From the IMG/VR virus record IMGVR_UViG_3300020376_000005, positions 1-31,960 of that record: a DNA stretch of 31,960 nt; one strand, written 5' to 3'. Shown here piece after piece: positions 25,704-31,960 of the stretch. The translations under genes and the position numbers were made by a program. Position 1 is the first letter of the stretch, and each line of letters opens with the position of its first letter. The stretch comes from a virus. Lineage: Duplodnaviria > Caudoviricetes. Under the pieces are notes generated by a model. That model was not told where the DNA came from. It was given only the letters and a program-made list of their open reading frames with translations, and ran no database searches.

Positions 25704-28208
25704 TTACTCAAGGACTCCCAGATTAATTGTCATCTGAGTTTCGTGAGGTTTCCCAGCAAGTTTAAGTTCTTCCTGACGGACGTATCCAATAACGGAAGCC
25801 AGCGAGACGGGTTTGAGGCGCAGCTTGTACGCAATAGCGGCCATGCCCTCCAAGTCACCATCTTTATAAGCATTGTAGAAAGCGACACGGCTTTTGTTAT
25901 TCTGAGGATTGCCATTATAGTTATAGGTGTTGTTGACTATAGTTTCTCCAGCATCGTTCTTAAAGAACTTGAAGCCACCTATTACACGCTGAATTCTAAC
26001 AGTAGGATTATAGATACCACCTAGAACACCTGGCGAGTCGATGGACTCTGCTTCGGACGAACCAAAATCTACGTAATCAACAAAAGTCTTACCGTCAGCC
26101 ATAGCGGCGGTGACCAACTCACGCATTGCATTTACTTCAGGCTCACCCAGTTCATTCTCAGTAATTGTTCCACCGGGTTTTATGAAGTTCTTACCAAATG
26201 TTGTGAATTCCCTGAAGTCAGCATCCGAGACATACTTTTCATAAGTGTCCACGGTATCACCAACAAACTTAGAAAATGCTCCGCTAAGTGAAGACGAAAC
26301 ATCTTCAGCCACAGACATAAGGCTTTCGACAAAACCTCCAGTATCCTCACTGGATAAAATCTCATCAGCCTTAGCTAAGACCTCAGTTTTAGTTACAGCG
26401 GCTTCACCATGATTAGCACCAAACCTAGCGCCAGTTCTCAACATGTATGCTTGAGGCGTCTCGCCGGGCAAACGTACAGGATGATTGGCTGCAGCTTCTT
26501 CTGCCCGAATTCTGGATCGTTCCATTGCTTGACTAAACAATGTTGGCGTGTCTGCGCCGTCTGCAGCTTGCGTTTCATCCGAAAGATACGGGAAGACCAC
26601 CGCTGTTTCTTCACTGTCACCAATCATAACGTCTACGCCAGCTTCAATGTCACCAGCCGTTCTAGCTTCTTCATAGGATTCTAGATCATAAAATTGAACT
26701 GTAATCTCTGGATCGCCACCGCTCTCTCCAATAAATTTAGAGATAGCCGAGGTAAATCCAGACCAAGACTTAGCAAGTATTCCGCCTGAAGCGCCACGTT
26801 CTAAGCTACGACCCGTGGCATCCACATTGTCTGTTATTGGCATTGCGAAAGGTAATTCAGTAGCAGTAGAACTCACGTCTGGTCGGGGCGCTGGCCTACC
26901 TTTTGGTCTATCTCTTGCGGATAGAACATCAGGATCATTAATGTTTTCATCGTAGAAAGCCTCTAGTTCAGCTTCCATACCACCATCACGGATGTACTGA
27001 TCTGCTTCACTTAGCACGGGTACTTCACTTATGAGGGGTGCTTTACCAAGATCAGAGGCAACAACAGCAGCGGGGGCAGTATCAACGCCTGACCTATTTC
27101 CAGCGTTTGTTGGGGCAGGGGCTTTAGAAGTATCAACATTTGCCGCCGCTGAGAATTGCATAGGTGACGTGGTGTCAACCAACGGACTTTCAGAAAGGTC
27201 CGCCGCTGAGAATTGCATAGGTGTCGCGGTGTCAACCGACGGACCTTCAGCATTATTCTCAGCAAACGCAGCATCTAACTCCGCCGCAACCTCCGCACGT
27301 TCAACACTGGTTGGCCGTATGCGAGGACGAATTGTCGGAGCGTTACCTCTTTCTAAAGTTGGACGCCTAACTGGACGTAAACTTTCGACAGGGCTAGCAT
27401 ACTTATTTTTAGTCATGCCCATCATCGTAGCAAGTGAGGCGTTACCCTTACGGTCACCCACTTCAGAATAACTAGCGAAATGAGCAGCATCTCTTTTACG
27501 CCGCATCCGCAACTCACGGCTCCCTGCAGCATTGCTTCTGTTTTCGATCTCGTTAATAGCACCCTCAACATTACCATTTTTGATAGACTTAATGAGTCCG
27601 GGGCCAATCAGCTTTGGGTTGTGAATGGCGAGTGCTGTCAGAACGATCCGCTGCTGTGCGCGAAGGGGCGCATCGCCTGTCCTCTCGCTGATCAGTTGAT
27701 CTGCCTGTTCCACTTGAGCCTCATACAATGCGCGGCCTTCTGGGCCAGTGATTGCTGTTTTGCCTGTGTAGATATCGTTCATCTGTGCGGGGGTCTTATT
27801 TAAGACGCCAGCGGCTAATGCAAAGTTTTCAGCTAGGTCGAGGTTCAATCCATAGCCGATCATCGGTCTATTTAATGAGTCCCTACGAACCGTAGTAGCT
27901 AGAGGTGTCTGTGCGCTAATGTATTCAAGACGTGACTTACTGTAATCGCCTGAGACGTTATCGAATGCTTTAGGACCAACTGTCGAATAGACCTCACTGT
28001 TCAGGTTTTCCATGTACTGATTGTGTGGCATATCAACGTCTTTATCTGCTACCGTCACGCCCACGGTGGGGGACACAAAGCCCCCCGACCTGTAGACGTT
28101 TCGATGCTGTTCATTCAGGCTACGATTGATCTCAATAGGGTCTGTTATGCCGTCTAGTGCGCCGGTTTCGATTTTGTTTTCTGCTAGATAGTTTTTAATC
28201 GTATCCAT
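25704..28208 (-). CDS. Internal virion protein with a lysozyme-like N-terminal domain and an acidic low-complexity region
   Basis: RDSLNRPMIGYGLNLD...RRKRDAAHF; has its own AGGA RBS. Confidence 0.65.
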   Translation of the reverse strand: MDTIKNYLAENKIETGALDGITDPIEINRSLNEQHRNVYRSGGFVSPTVGVTVADKDVDMPHNQYMENLNSEVYSTVGPKAFDNVSGDYSKSRLEYISAQTPLATTVRRDSLNRPMIGYGLNLDLAENFALAAGVLNKTPAQMNDIYTGKTAITGPEGRALYEAQVEQADQLISERTGDAPLRAQQRIVLTALAIHNPKLIGPGLIKSIKNGNVEGAINEIENRSNAAGSRELRMRRKRDAAHFASYSEVGDRKGNASLATMMGMTKNKYASPVESLRPVRRPTLERGNAPTIRPRIRPTSVERAEVAAELDAAFAENNAEGPSVDTATPMQFSAADLSESPLVDTTSPMQFSAAANVDTSKAPAPTNAGNRSGVDTAPAAVVASDLGKAPLISEVPVLSEADQYIRDGGMEAELEAFYDENINDPDVLSARDRPKGRPAPRPDVSSTATELPFAMPITDNVDATGRSLERGASGGILAKSWSGFTSAISKFIGESGGDPEITVQFYDLESYEEARTAGDIEAGVDVMIGDSEETAVVFPYLSDETQAADGADTPTLFSQAMERSRIRAEEAAANHPVRLPGETPQAYMLRTGARFGANHGEAAVTKTEVLAKADEILSSEDTGGFVESLMSVAEDVSSSLSGAFSKFVGDTVDTYEKYVSDADFREFTTFGKNFIKPGGTITENELGEPEVNAMRELVTAAMADGKTFVDYVDFGSSEAESIDSPGVLGGIYNPTVRIQRVIGGFKFFKNDAGETIVNNTYNYNGNPQNNKSRVAFYNAYKDGDLEGMAAIAYKLRLKPVSLASVIGYVRQEELKLAGKPHETQMTINLGVLE
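27143..27238. repeat. Direct repeat with 60-bp period (VDTxxPMQFSAA x2)
   Basis: CCGCCGCTGAGAATTGCATAGGTG..G.GGTGTCAACC at about 27143 and 27200. Confidence 0.85.
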
Positions 28209-28225
28209 ATTTTTTCCTATTAAAT

Positions 28226-30712
28226 TTAACCGGGCGTGAAACGTGTTCCATCTGGTAAGAAGGGTGACCGATTTTCGGAGCGCATTATCTCAAGTTCCTC
28301 ATCTGAGTACATTGGTTTACCCGTGAGGCGAGGGGTTGCGATTAGGTTGTATCCCTGCAATCCAGCGGGGCCGTAGTTAGGGGATAGGCTTAAACCTGGT
28401 CCCAAAGTGGTTTTCATCAACGCCATATCATCAGCCACATTACCTGTGAGTTGAACGGTTTTCTTCCATTCGGATCTAAATGCGCCAGCGTTCCAAAAAC
28501 CCCAAACCTCTCCATCAGCTTTAAAGCCGGGGTCTAGGGCTAAGTCTGCGCCTATCTCAAGCATAAGAGGCGTGTTATCGCTTCTGCTCCATATGAGATG
28601 GCCATTATTGGCGGACGCGGGGTCTTGCTGAAAGTATAGGTTTTCAGGAGTAAAGATTTCCTGATCGATCTCATAGAGACCAGCGGTTGCAACCTCGACA
28701 TCTAGTTCCAAAGTGGCGAGGCTATTCTCTGCCTCACCTGTGTTTCTATTGAGAACGCTTGGCCCTAGTTTGACGTAATCTGGATTACTTGTTGGTAAGG
28801 ATGCATTCGACATCTGCCAAGCGCCATCCTCAATATACATCTTACCGGCCATAGTCTTTGCGACTTGTTTCATAATGTCATCTAGATTGGGTTCATCGCC
28901 CCTCATCAGGGCAGCGATAGTATTTGTCTTTACCAATCTATTAATTTGCTGGGCTGACTGCGCAGATACATTGACACCATCTTGAAAGGTGAAGGTACGA
29001 ATAAAGCCCCCCACGCCCTCTGTGTAAGTTTCCAAAGCCGTAAGCATCTCTTGGCTTTGAGCTAGACCTGAAATGGCAGCATCCTGATCTGCCTTCTTTT
29101 CATCACCATAGAACACGCCAGCAAGACCACCAGCCTCATCAAACATGATTTGAGCGGCTGCATATCCTGGCCCCCGCGCCATAGTCATCGCAGTGCTTGC
29201 TGATGTCCCGCTGTCGATAAGTGTCTGTGCGCTACTCCAAATAGCCAAAGATGGTTCGTCTAGGACGCTTTCTAATTTACGGCTATCCCCAAACTCTCCA
29301 ACCAAAGACCGTATGGTCATTGCCGCTGACGCAGCTACGTCATCATTTCCTTGAGTGACGGCGGCTGACATCTGGGTTTTAACCCGTGCTGGTACAAAAT
29401 CTATCCCGTAGTTATCTATTGCAGAGCGTAGGAGAGTACCTTTAGTTACGGGGTTAGATGCAGTGAATTCATCATAAAACGATGCCTGAGCCTCCGCCCC
29501 ATCAAAAGTTGCTGATGGAGGACGACCCGCTGCCATGTTAGCCCAATTGTTTCGCTCACCCTTATAAACAGTACCTGCAGTTCTCAGATCGCTTACTTGC
29601 GTTTTCAAAGCAGACATCGTTGATCCAGAGACGCCTGGAGTATTCTGAAGCAACTCAAGCATGGCAGGACCACTGGATGTTACAAAGTCAATCTTTTTGA
29701 GTTGATCGTCGATTGCCAGAAGACCAGCCGTAAATTCAAGAGCCGCTACTTCAGCAATCTTCTCACCCTTTAATGTAGCGTTTCGCGCAGCAATAACTGG
29801 AAGTAGCTGCTCTAGCTTATTAGCCATGATTGGGAAACGTGTGGCGGGTGATTGACCTAGTGTGCCGTCCGCCGAAACAGGCTGCTTGTCGATCCATCCC
29901 TGTATTAATTCGAGAGAGTTTTTCGACATGTCCTGACCCTGCGCTGCTTCGATCAGGATTCCAATATTCCTAGAAGCTAGCTGACCACGGGTCTCTCCGT
30001 TTATTGGAGTACCTGAGTGCAGTAGATTGTTGAGGTCTCCCTCAGTTGTCATCGTCGTTACGCCATTATAGATCGCCCGTTTGTGTTCTAAAGCTCCTGC
30101 AGCCTTTGTACGGCGAACTGTCTCTTGAGCAGCCGATACGCGATTGTTCTCATAGTTACGGTTGAAGGCGGTAGTCATCGCAAAATCAGTCTCTATATCC
30201 CCAGTACCATCAGCAAAGTTTTCCTCCCAGAATGCTTTAGAGTTTGCTTCAAATGTACTTGGATGCTTTTCAGCTTGAGTAGCGATGAAATCAGAATACA
30301 AACGGTTACCAATGTTCTGACCCAATGTGGTTTTGTACTGTTTAACAAAGTGTTTGTTGGCGTTGTTCTCAGGACTCTCTGTCGCAAGTGCCGTGCTGAC
30401 ATTAGTTTGCTTTGGGTTATTGACTGAGTAGTCCATAGCCTCATTAGAAGCCGCCATCTTCATGTTGTTGGCGTGTTCAGTCGCCTTTACTTTATTTGCC
30501 TGAAACTCAGTTTCCTGCATGGTTCCTAGGGCCTGCTGAACGCCGCCAAAGAAGTTATTGAAGGCGCTAGTCAAGTCACCGCGCATTGGGTCAAGACCCG
30601 CTGACGCTGACTGTTCCATACCTATGTTGTTATTAAAGGATTGTGTACGAACTTTAGCTAGGCCAGCATTCTGGCTTCGGATGTCCGTCTGTGATCGTCC
30701 CATTCGTGCCAT
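28226..30712 (-). CDS. Internal virion protein C (gp15-like)
   Basis: 828 aa, Ala-rich helical composition; assigned mainly by synteny. Confidence 0.65.
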   Translation of the reverse strand: MARMGRSQTDIRSQNAGLAKVRTQSFNNNIGMEQSASAGLDPMRGDLTSAFNNFFGGVQQALGTMQETEFQANKVKATEHANNMKMAASNEAMDYSVNNPKQTNVSTALATESPENNANKHFVKQYKTTLGQNIGNRLYSDFIATQAEKHPSTFEANSKAFWEENFADGTGDIETDFAMTTAFNRNYENNRVSAAQETVRRTKAAGALEHKRAIYNGVTTMTTEGDLNNLLHSGTPINGETRGQLASRNIGILIEAAQGQDMSKNSLELIQGWIDKQPVSADGTLGQSPATRFPIMANKLEQLLPVIAARNATLKGEKIAEVAALEFTAGLLAIDDQLKKIDFVTSSGPAMLELLQNTPGVSGSTMSALKTQVSDLRTAGTVYKGERNNWANMAAGRPPSATFDGAEAQASFYDEFTASNPVTKGTLLRSAIDNYGIDFVPARVKTQMSAAVTQGNDDVAASAAMTIRSLVGEFGDSRKLESVLDEPSLAIWSSAQTLIDSGTSASTAMTMARGPGYAAAQIMFDEAGGLAGVFYGDEKKADQDAAISGLAQSQEMLTALETYTEGVGGFIRTFTFQDGVNVSAQSAQQINRLVKTNTIAALMRGDEPNLDDIMKQVAKTMAGKMYIEDGAWQMSNASLPTSNPDYVKLGPSVLNRNTGEAENSLATLELDVEVATAGLYEIDQEIFTPENLYFQQDPASANNGHLIWSRSDNTPLMLEIGADLALDPGFKADGEVWGFWNAGAFRSEWKKTVQLTGNVADDMALMKTTLGPGLSLSPNYGPAGLQGYNLIATPRLTGKPMYSDEELEIMRSENRSPFLPDGTRFTPG

Positions 30713-30713
30713 A

Positions 30714-31286
30714 TTAACCTGTGCCTTCTATTGCCGCTATAGAAGCGGACTGATTTTTTGCGGATGCATAGATGTTCAGACCTGAACTAGCGACTCCAAG
30801 CATTGCACCTGTTCGACGCGCACTTAGGTCCGCCGCGAGATTGGCGTTCTGGTTAGAAGCCAGTGTTGTACGGCTGATGTAGCTCTGCTGTGCAGCAAAC
30901 TTTTCAGACTCAAGAGCCATGACTTTACGCTTACCTGTTTTATCCAAACGGGAGTAATTAAGGGCATTACCATATGCCTCTTCGAACATAAGGGTTCCAA
31001 GGCTGCTGTCTGTAAGTGCAGTTTCAGTAGCCCTCATAGTTCCTAGGGCTTTGTTAGCGGCACGAATAGCATCAGATTTACCCTCAAAGTCTTCATCCTG
31101 AGCCTCAGCGATCTTGCGTTGGCTTTCAGAATACTCGCGATCTAGTTGCGAACTAGCTGCTGTGAATTCGTCTGCCAACTGAGCATTTGCCCTGTCTTCG
31201 GCCATATTTGCTTGGCTGATCGTAGCCGCTGCAGATGTAGCAGCTACGGCAATTTTCATAATTGTGAGTGTAATTGGATCACACAT
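30714..31286 (-). CDS. Internal virion protein B (gp14-like)
   Basis: MCDP start, hydrophobic Ala-rich N-terminus, 190 aa; synteny. Confidence 0.75.
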   Translation of the reverse strand: MCDPITLTIMKIAVAATSAAATISQANMAEDRANAQLADEFTAASSQLDREYSESQRKIAEAQDEDFEGKSDAIRAANKALGTMRATETALTDSSLGTLMFEEAYGNALNYSRLDKTGKRKVMALESEKFAAQQSYISRTTLASNQNANLAADLSARRTGAMLGVASSGLNIYASAKNQSASIAAIEGTG

Positions 31287-31288
31287 AT

Positions 31289-31960
31289 CTATCCCTGCCT
31301 TGTAATTTCGTTGAAGAACCCAGTGTAATCTATCGATGTAATGTTGAAGGGTTTCTCAGAACTATTTGTAATTCTAATGCTTACCCCATCAGATTTAGCC
31401 ATCACAGGAACACGAAATCTACCAAGAGCCTCAATTGCTGGAACACCAACCTTGTTGTTGCCAGAACCAATAATGCGGCCTGTAAATGTAAATGTCTTTG
31501 CGTCTCTAAAGTCTGGAGAGACTTCCACTTGGAAGTATCCAGTTTCCTTAAAGTTAAATGACATGTTTCGAAGCTGAAAACGTCCAGATGTTATAGTAGC
31601 TCTTTGGTTCTGTGGGTCTCTAGGAAATAGCCGAGACATCTTAACACTGCTTGTAAACGTAGCACCGGCGATGACTGATCCAGCACTAAAGTTTCCATAT
31701 GCCGTGATCGTAGTGCCAGTGGGGTAGGATACATTTAATACCTCACCAACTAGACCTGTTGCAAAGTCGGTTGATAGAACAATGCGGGTTTCATTCAGGT
31801 GTGGATATGGAGTGACGAATGTAGTCAAGTTTGTCACAGCATCATAAGTTCCTGTAAGGGTAACCTGACGATCCATTGAGATTTGATAGGGATGCTTTTC
31901 CAATGACAATTCATAACGCAAGAATGTCTTTTCAAAACATGTAGTCCCATTACGGTCTAT
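31289..31960 (-). CDS. gp12: Tail tubular protein B (gp12-like), C-terminal part
   Basis: Frame is open to the window edge; GRFQLRNMSF, GRFRVPV and PFNITSIDYTG resemble the gp12 C-terminus. Confidence 0.85.
   Translation of the reverse strand: MDRNGTTCFEKTFLRYELSLEKHPYQISMDRQVTLTGTYDAVTNLTTFVTPYPHLNETRIVLSTDFATGLVGEVLNVSYPTGTTITAYGNFSAGSVIAGATFTSSVKMSRLFPRDPQNQRATITSGRFQLRNMSFNFKETGYFQVEVSPDFRDAKTFTFTGRIIGSGNNKVGVPAIEALGRFRVPVMAKSDGVSIRITNSSEKPFNITSIDYTGFFNEITRQG

Noticed and set aside
28190-28240. Frameshift splitting a single gp15-lysozyme fusion
   Set aside because: There is a clean TAA, an AT-rich spacer and an AGGA RBS before the next ATG, so these are two genes.

Overview
About 32 kb of a temperate T7-like podophage (Autographiviridae-type; host inferred to be an alphaproteobacterium, probably marine), with every credible gene on the minus strand. 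In transcription order (31960 to 1) it carries: tail tube B (partial), four internal-virion genes, a multi-fibre tail module, holin, TerS/TerL, an M15 endolysin, a ~450 bp non-coding genome-end junction, early genes (GP88-like protein, C5-methyltransferase-like protein, small ORFs), an AT-rich ori-like tract, an XRE regulator, an unknown gene, a tyrosine integrase, an intact attP (3' half of tRNA-Pro TGG), single-subunit RNA polymerase, SSB, RusA-like resolvase, primase/helicase, HNH endonuclease and family A DNA polymerase (partial). Late and early genes are joined and attP is intact, so this is a circular or permuted form. The most interesting signals are non-coding. attP lies between the early promoters and the RNAP gene. 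An arm-site-like motif flanks attP and recurs 5.5 kb away at the genome-end junction. A candidate 17-bp phage promoter precedes an AT-rich tract of tandem TTAA-N7-TTAA boxes, and three early leaders share a sequence module. All calls come from visual motif recognition; no searches were run.
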